Positions 51,911-64,000 of a stretch of 64,000 nt of DNA are shown piece by piece. The notes under the pieces were generated by a model. The model searched no databases. It was not told the origin of the DNA and saw nothing but the letters and a program-made list of their open reading frames with translations. Numbering within the stretch: position 1 is the stretch's first letter; each line of letters begins with the position of its first letter. The position numbers and the translations under genes are program-made. The stretch comes from Octopus sinensis (taxonomy: Eukaryota): assembly GCF_006345805.1 (NCBI RefSeq), contig NC_043001.1:106578001-106642000 (forward strand). The letters run 5' to 3'.

Positions 51911-52499
51911 GACAATTTTAAGGCAGAATCGTGGGCAGTCGGATGCTGGAGTCGATGCAGTCCACCATCCCCTACCATGACCCCCAAATCTCAGGCTTTG
52001 TCCTTCGAGTAGAAAAGGACTTTTATCACACCTGTAACACGGGTTAATTAAAAACAGTTGGTTCACTACATTGAGTATCTTTACACAAACTTTACTGATT
52101 TTTCTCATGCTCTAAGTGACCCTGGCTATTTCTACACCACAGCTCCCATATTCTTGTAGAACTACATTATCCAACATGCCTTTTATTCAAGAAGATAGCA
52201 TGAATTCAAGACGATTTAACTGCTGTCTCTAGTATATCAACAGACCACGTAGACTGCCTTTCGTTGGTTCGATAAAAATATAGTCTTAACATCTATGAGG
52301 GAAATCAATATTGATTGTTGTTGTTGTTTTATCTTAAAAGCCATTCTATATCTCTTTGAGCTTCCTATCATTTCTCTTTCATATCTCACTTTACTGTACA
52401 CTGTGTTGTTTCATGTTCAACATGAGTTACCATAAGGTTTCATTGTCCTATACTGGCCGCTGTGTTAGCCGGCCTATATTTATGTGTGTGCCTGTGTGT

Positions 52500-52539
52500 G
52501 ATACATATACACATACATACATACATATATATAATATAT

Positions 52540-52570
<31 letters not shown>

Positions 52571-52581
52571 TATATATATAC

Positions 52582-52651
<70 letters not shown>

Positions 52652-53118
52652 CATATATACATATAGTATATATATATATATATATACAATACATATATAT
52701 ACGTATATATATATATTATATATACATACTATATATACGTATATATAATATATAATATAATACATACATATATATACGTATATATATATATATAGATATA
52801 TATATATATACAATACCTACTATATACGTATATATATATATATTATATATACATACATATATATAGACTATATATATAATATATATATATATATACATAC
52901 ATATATATCATATATATACATATACAAACATATACATATAATATATATATATACATATATATACATATATATACATATACAACATATACATAAATATATA
53001 TATATACATATATATAAACAATATAATATATATACATATAAACTATATATATATACATATATATATAACATATATATATAAACATATATAAATATATAAA
53101 CATATATATATATATAAC

Positions 53119-53154
<36 letters not shown>

Positions 53155-53718
53155 AACATATACATATACATATATGTGTGTACATATATATATGCATATA
53201 CATATATCCATTTATTCATACATATATATATATATATATCGATCTGCGTGTGTGTGTGAATGTATGCATGTATAGATGCATGCGTGTTTTGGCTGAACGT
53301 GTTATTGTGAAAGCTAGTGCGCGCGTGCATGCGTGTTCGACATTTATGAATATCTTTGGCATCTATCACCGTCTCTCAATCCTGCTAGCTAGAAACTTAT
53401 CGATCTCTTACTTTGTCTCTTCTCTCGCTTTCTCTCCTCATATATACATATATAATTATATATATATATATATATATATATGCGCTTTTGTGTTTATGTC
53501 TGAAACTATATGTAATATCTATGTATGTGTATGTATACACATACATACATATAACTGTATATATATATGTGTGTGTGTGTATGTATATGTATCTTTATGT
53601 GTATGTATGTGTATGTATGTATACATACAAACACACATATGTGAATCTCTATTTGTGTGTATGAATTATTGTGAGTCCATAAGTGTATGTGAGTGTGTAT
53701 GTGCGACACCGTGCGTGA

Positions 53719-53751
<33 letters not shown>

Positions 53752-53985
53752 ACATGCATGCATACATACATACATACATACATACATACATACATACATA
53801 CATACATGCATGCATACATACATGCATGCATACATACATACATGCATGCATACATACATACATGCATGCACATACATATATACATACATACATACATACA
53901 TACATACATACATACATACACAGACACACACACATACATACATACATACATACATACATACATACATACATACATACATACATAC
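52500..53985. repeat. About 1.5-kb TA-rich / (CATA)n low-complexity tract
   Basis: Seen directly. It is the source of the YIYI/MYVC ORFs. Confidence 0.95.
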
Positions 53986-54329
53986 GGATACTAGTAAGGG
54001 AGAGAAAGACCGGAGAAAAAGATACTGTTAACATTTTGCGCTAAGTGTTGCAAACCGACAACTCTAAGAAAACCATCCGCCGGGATTCGTCAATTTCTGG
54101 ACAGGAAGAAGTTGACGGAGAAAGTAGTTGAAGACCTAAGGACAGGAGAACAAAGTATGATTGATAAAAGAAAGAACGGGGAATGAATCGATAGTCCGTG
54201 AGTGAAAATACTCGGAGTAGTTGAACCAGGCATTCTTAGACAAATTTGCCGTTATATCGTACCAGTTTTAGGACATTGGAGATTCTGCTACCTTAACAAG
54301 AGGATATTTTCTTAAAATGTATGAAACAA

Positions 54330-54724
54330 CTAGCAGTATCGCCCGGCGTTGCTCGGGTTTGTAAGGGAAATAACTATATAAGCATTTTTAGAGATGTAAA
54401 GTATAATAGCCATCTCAATATGGCTAACCACAAAGGGGGGGTGTTACCGTAGCTTTTTACGTTCTGAGATTTAATAATAAATTTTTAGAGAGTTACTTCT
54501 CTTATATATGCCAGAAATGCATTAAAAATGGGAAAAATTTATGGTAAATTTTTTTTAAATCGTAGACTCATCGTAGACGCGCGCTAATACCCAGAAGGGC
54601 TCGATATGAATCACGACTATAAGATACCTGGTTTTGGTTAAACTGCACCGCAAAATGTGGGAGTAGTTAGGAATCTAAATCGTAGGAGACAGACAGCACA
54701 CAACCTCACTTTTATATATAAAGA
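54330..54724 (-). mobile_element. Non-autonomous Helitron
   Basis: The minus strand starts TC(TTTATATATAAAAG) and ends with hairpin CCCGAGCAACGCCGGG + CGATACTG + CTAG. It lies between host A (54725) and T (54329) with no TSD, the canonical Helitron termini. Confidence 0.85.
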
Positions 54725-54899
54725 TATGCATACAGACGCACAGATAAATATTTATGTGTGCGCGTGGGAGGAAATGAAATGATCTAAATATATAGAAAGC
54801 AGAATGTTCTTTGTTCTAAAATCGGTTCGGTACGATATAATAGTAACCCTGTTCAGCTCTCTGGTCATACCTACTTCTGGGCATATTAGCTTACATACA

Positions 54900-54972
54900 C
54901 ACACACTCACATAAAATTGTCAATGCATGTACATATATATATGTGTGTGTGTGGTGTGTGTTTATATATATA

Positions 54973-55014
<42 letters not shown>

Positions 55015-55065
55015 TATATATAGATATATATATATATATACGTACATACATAAGCATACATATAT

Positions 55066-55098
<33 letters not shown>

Positions 55099-55169
55099 TG
55101 CATAAATATATATATATATATTTCCATATATACAAACATGCATATGAATGTATGCATGTAGACAGATAG

Positions 55170-55250
<81 letters not shown>

Positions 55251-55526
55251 CCGTACTCAGATTCTTTCTCTTGGCTACCGCTGCCCCAACTCCTGTCAAC
55301 GTAAAAGGAATTTATAGAAATTCCATATTGCAACGACCATTCCATATTTATTTCTGGCTAATTTCACTCGGTTCAGATGACGTCGCTTCCCATCAGTGAT
55401 AGCGAGGTAATGCCTGCGTGTGCAGGCGTATGTGCTTTCTATGTAACTATGTATACTTGTATGTATGCCGAAATGGGTGCGCATAAGTGGTGGGGAACCT
55501 CTGGCTGTCGGTTTGCCTCTGTGTGT

Positions 55527-55580
<54 letters not shown>

Positions 55581-56108
55581 CCTTAGTGAGTGGATGAATG
55601 CGTGTTTGTGAGTGAGTCTGTGTGTGTATATGTGTGCATGTTCAATTTGCAGACATACGGAAAAGTACTCAATCCAGAAGTAGAGTATAGTTATTCGTTA
55701 TGAGTTTTATATTATTCTTATCATCTCCCCCACTCCCCGCTCGCATCTCTTGCTCTTATGATATGTATGTGTGTGTATTTCTTTCTGTCCGTGTTAGACC
55801 CTTACATACTGCCTGACATCCGATGTCGATGTGCTAAAGTTCCCGTAACTTAGTGGTTCATCAAGAGACTGATAGAATAAACATCAAGTGAGGAAAATGT
55901 ATACTAGGATCGGTTCACTTCACTAAAAATTCTTGAAGGCCGTGCCCCAGAATGGCCAACGTCTAATGACCGAAACAAGTAAACTATAAAAGAGACAGAC
56001 AGACAGTCAGGTAGATAGATAGATAGATAGATAGATTAGATAGAGAGAGAGAGAGAGAGAGGGAGATGGATAGAAAAATGAGCAGATAAATATAGGCATA
56101 CATATGCA

Positions 56109-56144
<36 letters not shown>

Positions 56145-57130
56145 TGTATGTATGTATGTATGTATGTATGTATGTATGTATGTATGCATGTATGTGTGTG
56201 TGTATGTATGTATGTATGTATGCATGTATGTGTGTGTATGTATGTCTGTATGTATGTAGATATATGATAGATTGGTATGTATACACTATATATGAATATA
56301 TGTAATTGTATGTATATCTACGTATATGTATGTATATATATATGTGTGTGTGTGAGTATACACACACACACATATTTTTATGTATGTATATGTATGTGCG
56401 TGTCCGTTTGTATATATATATATGTGTGTGTGTGTGTGTGCTGTATGTATGTATGATCTATGTGCATAATTATACGCATGTGCATCTGTACCTGTGTTGA
56501 TATATGTGTGAGAGAGATTGTGTGCATGTGTGTCTCCGTGTGCGCAATGTATCTGTATATATGTATATGTATATGTATATGTGTGTGCGTGTGTGTTACT
56601 GTTTTTCTTATAGACCCTGCAGGTCAGTGATGAATGCGCAGGTATACCTGTATGGTTGTCTGCATATATAGGTGCATCTGTATGCGTAAGAAAGATAGAG
56701 ACAGAGATGAGAGGAGGAAACCGAGCGAAAAAGCAGGTAGGAGATGGTAAGAAAAAAAAACCTCTGCTGTCCATAACTGACGATTGATCATAAAAAATCT
56801 TGCTGTATTTCTTTCTGTTTTGTTATTTTAAGGAGGATGTTTTCTTTTTCTTTTTATTTTTACTTATTATTTCATTTTCGTTGTTGTTGTTGTTGTCGTC
56901 GTTCTTGATACCAAAGCCATCACCGTCACCATCTCCGCAGCCACCGACACCACCGTCGCAACTTCCTCGCAAAGATACTGAGACCCGAGACTTACTTTGA
57001 AGTAAATGAAACACTAAACTCCGACTCTTTTTGCTTCGCTTCAAAAATCGACCACTTAGGTTCTCCATACCAAAACCGCTGAGCTGCTTAACGTCTTACT
57101 GATAAAACTTTCTTCCTCAAACTTTATACA

Positions 57131-57200
<70 letters not shown>

Positions 57201-57396
57201 GTACACACACATATATATATGTATATGTATATGACTCGCACAAATATATATATATATATATATATACATGGGTGTGTGTTTGCATGGGTATGTGTATGTA
57301 TCTATAATATAGCAAAGATGAGACATCTGAAGGCTTTAAGATTATGATAATGGTGGTGGTGGTGGTGGTGGTGGCGATAGTGATGATGATGATGAC

Positions 57397-57440
<44 letters not shown>
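54900..57440. repeat. Dense microsatellite field: (TA)n, (GATA)n, (GT)n, (GA)n, (TATG)n, (CA)n, (GGT)(GAT)(AAT)n
   Basis: Seen directly, interspersed with short unique segments. Confidence 0.9.
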
Positions 57441-57442
<2 letters not shown>

Positions 57443-57584
57443 TTTTCTATCTCTAAAGATGATAAAATTAATGATGGGGACAAGAAGAAAAGACGAAGAT
57501 GCAATACTTTTTTTAAGCGCTTTGAGATTTACGAATGGCAGACATTGTAAAAAAGAGCGCGCCTCTCCTATATTGTCACGTAAG

Positions 57585-57760
57585 TAGCTAGTAATAGCAG
57601 TTTAATCTCTCTTAAATCACATCCTACCTTCTTGGAAAAGGACACGTTGGATAAGGTGACATTTAGTGCCGTTTAGATTGGGAAAAGACCGGATGGTCAC
57701 GATTGGATTGCTTTTGATCATACATCTGCTTGATCAAGGCTGGCTAATCTTCATCTCTGA
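57585..57760 (+). mobile_element. Short interspersed repeat family 5 (decayed; others about 8095-8160, 25000-25190, 41305-41375, 45575-45720, 52095-52270)
   Basis: Shared degenerate motifs AATAGCAG..AAATCACA..GGATGGTCA(T/C)G..TTTGATCAT..CTTGATCA. Confidence 0.55.
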
Positions 57761-57935
57761 CCCTTGACAGCAGCTCCGCCAAAGAGACGAGTTGTTAAAG
57801 CAAACCGGATGTACTTCGGACAGCCATCAACTTCAGATGGTCAACGCTGCTGAATGCTCCGGGGTAGTTGAGCAAATGCACACCATAGCCAGTTTTGTCT
57901 ATGTATCTAGCTAGTATATAATATATATATATATA

Positions 57936-57991
<56 letters not shown>

Positions 57992-58000
57992 ATATATATA

Positions 58001-58210
58001 GGGATGGGGAGAGTTCACGAAAAAAACAAAAGACGAAGACAGGTGGTGTTCAAAACAAACAGATATATTAGTATAACGCTCAGGAATAGAAAAAGTCCTT
58101 TACGTTTCGAGCCTACGCTCTTCTACAGAAAGGAACACAGAAAAAAACAAGGAGAGAAACAAGGGGAGAAAAAAAGTGTGTAGTTGCTACCGATCTATCA
58201 TGGCGACTCA
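58001..58210 (-). mobile_element. Penelope-type terminal-repeat fragment with hammerhead-like motif
   Basis: Minus: CTGTAGA-A-GAGC(gtag)GCTC-GAAA-CGT-aa-AGGA..TCCT-ga-GCGTT. It follows a (TA)n run. Confidence 0.6.
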
Positions 58211-58333
58211 TGCCTACCTGCATATCTTTCTATCTTTGATTGTCTGTCTGTAATTATATTTTTCTATCTGTTTATCTTTCTGTCTATATATATATATATG
58301 TATGTATGTATGTATGTATATTATATGTGTAAT

Positions 58334-58403
<70 letters not shown>

Positions 58404-58519
58404 ATATATATCTGCCTACCTACATATCTATTTATTATCTCTGTTTGTCTGTCTGCCATCACGAAGGAAAGTTTGTACGATAACAATTTAACCTCTTTGT
58501 GAGTGATTCGGGCCGTAAA

Positions 58520-59200
58520 ATATCAAGGAAATCTCCTTTAATCGAGTTGTTTTCTGCAACCCAACCACTCTTTGACTCGCACAAATAGCAACGCTCCGAG
58601 AATGCAGTCAGTTTCGAGAGTCATTTACAAAGTTTGTGATGAAGATTACTTCATTTAAATGTTAAGCGTGTAAAACAGACTTCCATAGACCGATTCCACA
58701 AACCACCCTGAGCCTGAAGAATCTCAGATACGTTTTCATCTTTTTGTAATACCTCTCTCGATGGGAACAGCAGCGGGCCGGCTTCATAAGTAGGACTAAA
58801 TCGTTGCTTAGTTTCGACAATACTCTTCTTATCCGATCTCTACCGAATGACTTACGCTCGTTCGTATTTCCTAACTAATGCCTTAATTCGGTCAACGCAA
58901 CCTTCGTACCTTGCATCATAGGAATGATTGAATACCAATTTCACTGGTAGCATATCGGATGCAATGCATTTCCTCGCAGCCTCTTCTAAACTGACAGCTA
59001 AGTTCCACTCAACGCAATGTTTCTATTGTTGCTCTTTTATAAAACTCATCAATTCTATCATGAAAATTCTCTTTAATGATACCCACCAACAGTTGCTGAC
59101 TATCCCTAACTTCAACTGCAACCTCACTAATACGCTGAACTGGTCTATGTACGATCCAACGCGTTTTGTTTCCAGTAAATAGATCGCAAAACAGGTTAGC
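58520..59200 (-). mobile_element. Tx1/L1-like LINE ORF2 relic (post-endonuclease linker)
   Basis: FHDRIDEFYKRA and LEEAARKCIASDMLPVKLVFNHSYDARYEGCVDRIKA (cf. FRDRI..L.KRA..LEEA.R.G...DVLAARLAL....AK.EGC.VRAR). Homologous to the region near 13700-13900. Confidence 0.6.
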
Positions 59201-59357
59201 AAAACTTTCGTACACTCCTTTTTTATTGGATACATACATATAGTTTCCTATGTGCATCTAAGATAGTATTCCATTCATTCACAAATGAGCTGTTCCAGGA
59301 CGTCACACGTATTCTACCAGAATATATTTCGTATTCATCTAAAAAAAATGCTCCAGA

Positions 59358-59419
<62 letters not shown>

Positions 59420-60574
59420 AATCCTGGTACCGCTTTTGGCTGCGACATCTGTACTGAGTGATCTGCTCTCGTCAAATGAGCGTACTTTCTTCCAAAACAA
59501 CACCATAATACGATGAAAGTTACTTATCTTAAGAGAAGAGCAAACGCTTAGTCGTAATTTTAGAATTTCAAATTTTGTTTGTAAAGTTTTCATAAAAAAA
59601 GCCATTTCCGTATGTCCCTGCAAACTACTGCAATAGTTTCCGCCAAAAATATTTCAGCGGTTTTGACAAGTTCGACAATGAAAGTGTTTCTCAACCTGTT
59701 AACAACCAAATTATTTTATTTTATTGAATTTTCAGGCTTTAAAAAGTTTTCTTAACAAACTTGGAATTCAGTCCAGTGATACCTAGTCCTACATTACAGC
59801 TTGCCCACCAAGAGTCTACGGAACTCACTTCGTAAACCATATGCCCGTGGGTATATCATCCGAAACGTTCTGTTAACAACAAACAAGATGAGCACAAATA
59901 TCCATCAAATGTAAACAATGTACATAATTCCTCGTCTCTTAAATATAGAAATGTATTATTACAAGAATAGTTTTGTGGAGAAGTGTAGAAAAGATCAACT
60001 TCAAAAATAGTTTCTGTTGATGCTCTTTTTATTTCATAGATACATACAATTATATGTAAATACATGGGAAGTAATCTCGCTTTGTCAATAATAAGAAACT
60101 TGAAAGTAGAATGTTATCTCTGGGTTTTTTTGTCTAAAAGTTTATCTGTCACGAAGAAGTGACATGAATTACACTGCTAATCTATTCCATCGAAGCTACA
60201 CAAGAGAAAGAGTCAGGTTTTATGACTTAAGGGCATTATTGAGAAGAATAACGTCTTATATCATCAGTGCAAGAACGTCAAATTACAAGGTGTTGTATGT
60301 GAGATTGAGTGACATAGCTTCCAGAAGGCACGGAAAAAATCCTGGCTTTTGTAATTTCCTATGGAAGTTTCTTGAAGCGTTCCGAAATATCATTTAGAAT
60401 AATTCTGGCTAAAACTTAGAATGATTTTGGCTGAAATCTTTTCAGCCAATAAAAGAACTTGTTTTAGATTAGTTTCGCTTTCATTACCTTCAACCCGCCA
60501 AAACAAACAGCTTTCACTACAAGTGTATCAATGGAAGGTTATTCTAAACTCAATGTTACGATATTATTGATTTC

Positions 60575-60778
60575 AAATTCCGGCACAAGGACAGCAGTTT
60601 CGGCGGAAGTGGGTAAGTCAATTACATCGACACCAGAATTCAAGTGGTATTTATTATATCGACCCTTGAAGGATGAAAGGAAAGTAGACTTCGGTGGTAG
60701 TTGAACTCAGAGCGTAAAGATGGCTGAAATGCTGTTAAGAGTCTTGCCAGGCATGCTAACGATTCTACCAACACGCCA
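60575..60778 (-). mobile_element. SINE-1 old-type copy
   Basis: Degenerate full-length match to the family. Confidence 0.8.
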
Positions 60779-61066
60779 CGTTAGACCATTACCAAATTAT
60801 TAAATGGTTGAAATTATCGTGAAGATAAAAGATTATTGTGAGGTCACTTAAAATAGCAGCCCATAAATATGTTCAATTTCAAGGAAATAACGTTTTCATT
60901 TCAATGAATTCTCCCACAGACTCCAATATTTCGAAAGATCTGTCGACTCAACAGTTCTGAACCTACACCACTGACCGCATTAAGACTTTTGTTTATCTCC
61001 ACAGCTCTGTAGAAACAAGGCTGGGGGTTACTGGTCTTTGGCCTCTACTTGCGGATGGATCTTAAT

Positions 61067-61145
<79 letters not shown>

Positions 61146-61147
<2 letters not shown>

Positions 61148-61810
61148 TGAATGTTTGTGTTTTCTATTTGGAACTCCAACGAGCCACTGTTTGACTTTCA
61201 AATGTTGGTATGAGGGGTACGGTGCTTATTGTTCTTGATGCTCTCATTGCTGTTGTATTATAAGCTGCATTTTTCAGGCGGCGAGCTGGCAGAATCGTTA
61301 GCACGTCGGACAAATGCTTAGCGGCACTTCGTCCGTCTTTACGTTCGGTGTTCAAATTCCAGCGAGGTCGACTTTGCCTTTTGTCCTTTTGGGGTCGATA
61401 AAGTTATTACCAGTTGAGCATTGGGGACGGATGTAATCGACTTACCCCCTACCCCGAAACTGTTGGCCTTGTGCCTAAATCGGAAACCATTATCTACGTC
61501 ATTACTTATTGATGTGGTTGCTGCGTATGTAATTGTGGTTACTAAAGTTCTTGCAGCTGTCGTCGTTGTTGCTGTTGTTGTGACACCAGATGGCAGTTCT
61601 GACAGGCTTCGTAACAACTCACCCGTCACCGATTTTCATGGTGTTTGCTCAGGAACCTTGGCTAAAGGGAGATTTATCTTCATCGTTTTTCTCCTCTTCC
61701 ACCCTGCCTCACGATACCCACGTCTCCCCGGCATCGCCTGAGCGGTCAGAGAAGAAGAAAAACCCTGTTCACGTAGGTTATGTGTATATGTGCGCAAATG
61801 TTTGTTTTAT

Positions 61811-61880
<70 letters not shown>

Positions 61881-62335
61881 CTGGCGGGTATTTCTTTGCT
61901 TTTATTTCAGTTGGAAAAAGATTATTTCAGATAGCAAATTCTTTGTCGTTTCCAGTATGTTAATATTAATAAACAATTCTTACACACACACACACACGAC
62001 CACACACACACACACGACCACACACACACAGATGCAGACATATGCTCACACTCGTACACACGCAAAGACACACACATTTATTTACATATATTATATAGCT
62101 GAATATATACATACATGTATATATATATATGCACATGCAAATATGTGTGTATATGTATATATTATATATATATATATATAATATATAGATATATATATAT
62201 ATATATAGTATATGTATAATATTTATATATCTATATGTATGTGTATTATGTTTTTAATACACATATAACATATATATTAATTATTATATTATCATTCATA
62301 TTATTCATATATATATATATACATATATATGTGTA

Positions 62336-62366
<31 letters not shown>

Positions 62367-62794
62367 CAATATAGTATAATATGTATATATCTGTATGTAT
62401 GTGTATAATATGTTAATACACAATATACATACATATATATATGTGTCTATGTGTGTATATATATATATATATCATATATATCTATATATATTGACTATTG
62501 TATATATATATATATATATATCATATATATATAATATACTATATATATAATATATATATATATACGTGTGTGTGCGTGTACATTTTATTTGTTTTGATCT
62601 TACTTTCACTTTCACAATGTGTTACTCGGTATCTGTTTTCTTTTTATTTTGTTTTATGTATTGGTGTGTTTTCACCATAAATACATTCTCACATTTTTTT
62701 CTAATTATACTTACGTTTTATTTTTTGAGTATACATATATATATATATATATATATTGTGTGTGTATGGATATATAGATGTATTTATATGTATG

Positions 62795-62861
<67 letters not shown>

Positions 62862-63292
62862 TGTATGTATGCGTGTATGTTGTGCTTGGTGTATATTTGT
62901 ATTCTATATGAGACTGAACTATATATGCGTGTGCATTTGTGTGTGTATGTGTGTGTATGTGTGAGTGTGTGTACGAGTGGAGAGTGACAGGATGAGAGGG
63001 ACCATACGAACAAACACTTATAGACACAAAGACGCCAAAAAGAACGAAGAGACAGAGACAGAGACACACAGAAGTGTATATGTATGTATATGTATATGTA
63101 TGCTTGTGTGTACATATATATATATGTATACATACATACTTACATATATACATACATTCATACATACACATGTATATATATATATATATATATATATACA
63201 TACACACACTTACATATAAAAGACAATGAGAGGAAGGTGAGACGTGTGTTGTGTTTTTGTGTGTGTGTTTGTGTGTGTAATGTGTGTGTGTG

Positions 63293-63346
<54 letters not shown>

Positions 63347-64000
63347 TGTTTGTGAATGTTTGTGTTTTCTATTTGGAACTCCAACGAGCCACTGTTTGAC
63401 TTTCAAATGTTGGTATGAGGGGTACGGTGCTTATTGTTCTTGATGCTCTCATTGCTGTTGTATTATAAGCTGCATTTTTCAGGCGGCGAGCTGGCAGAAT
63501 CGTTAGCACGTCGGACAAAATGCTTAGCGGCACTTCGTCCGTCTTTACGTTCGGTGTTCAAATTCCAGCGAGGTCGACTTTGCCTTTTGTCCTTTTGGGG
63601 TCGATAAAGTTATTACCAGTTGAGCATTGGGGACGGATGTAATCGACTTACCCCCTACCCCGAAACTGTTGGCCTTGTGCCTAAATCGGAAACCATTATC
63701 TACGTCATTACTTATTGATGTGGTTGCTGCGTATGTAATTGTGGTTACTAAAGTTCTTGCAGCTGTCGTCGTTGTTGCTGTTGTTGTGACACCAGATGTC
63801 AGTTCTGACAGGCTTCGTAACAACTCACCCGTCACCGATTTTCATGGTGTTTGCTCAGGAACCTTGGCTAAAGGGAGATTTATCTTCATCGTTTTTCTCC
63901 TCTTCCACCCTGCCTCACGATACCCACGTCTCCCCGGCATCGCCTGAGCGGTCAGAGAAGAAGAAAAACCCTGTTCACGTAGGTTATGTGTATATGTGCG
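61146..64000. repeat. Near-identical duplication: 61146-61794 = 63351-64000 (runs off the window), offset 2205-2206
   Basis: Differences seen are CAAA vs CAAAA (about 61311/63517) and GATGG vs GATGT (about 61592/63798). Both copies start in a (GT)n tract and contain an old SINE-1 (61277-61490; 63482-63696). Confidence 0.97.

Noticed and set aside
53178-54044. 288-aa ORF and the many [16 protein letters not shown] ORFs across the window
   Set aside because: Translations of (TA)n, (TG)n and (CATA)n microsatellites.

Overview
AT-rich eukaryotic non-coding DNA, almost certainly from a coleoid cephalopod (Octopus-like). That assignment is an inference from the tRNA-headed SINE families, which I recall as the octopus OK/OR-type SINEs (not database-verified), and from the very high microsatellite density. 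I find no host protein-coding exon that I can support, and nearly all ORFs in the supplied track are translations of microsatellites or SINEs. The window is a transposon graveyard. It holds more than 25 copies or fragments of one SINE (here SINE-1, OK-like), about 12 of a second (SINE-2), and several modular SINE-3/4 chimeras. It also has decayed LINEs (RTE-like, Tx1/L1-like, R4/Dong-like), a possible DIRS relic, one non-autonomous Helitron, two adjacent fold-back elements, Penelope-type hammerhead-like motifs, and two near-identical duplications bounded by dinucleotide microsatellites. The most interesting pattern concerns SINE-1. Its young form carries a 3' tail homologous to an L1/Tx1-like LINE 3' end present in the window. 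It is followed mostly by GGT, repeatedly sits in the tRNA-like head of its own family at two fixed sites to form head-to-tail arrays, and at one locus appears to have serially duplicated 50-65 bp of flank plus head. All alignments and translations were done by eye, and family names come from recalled motifs that need HMM/Dfam confirmation.
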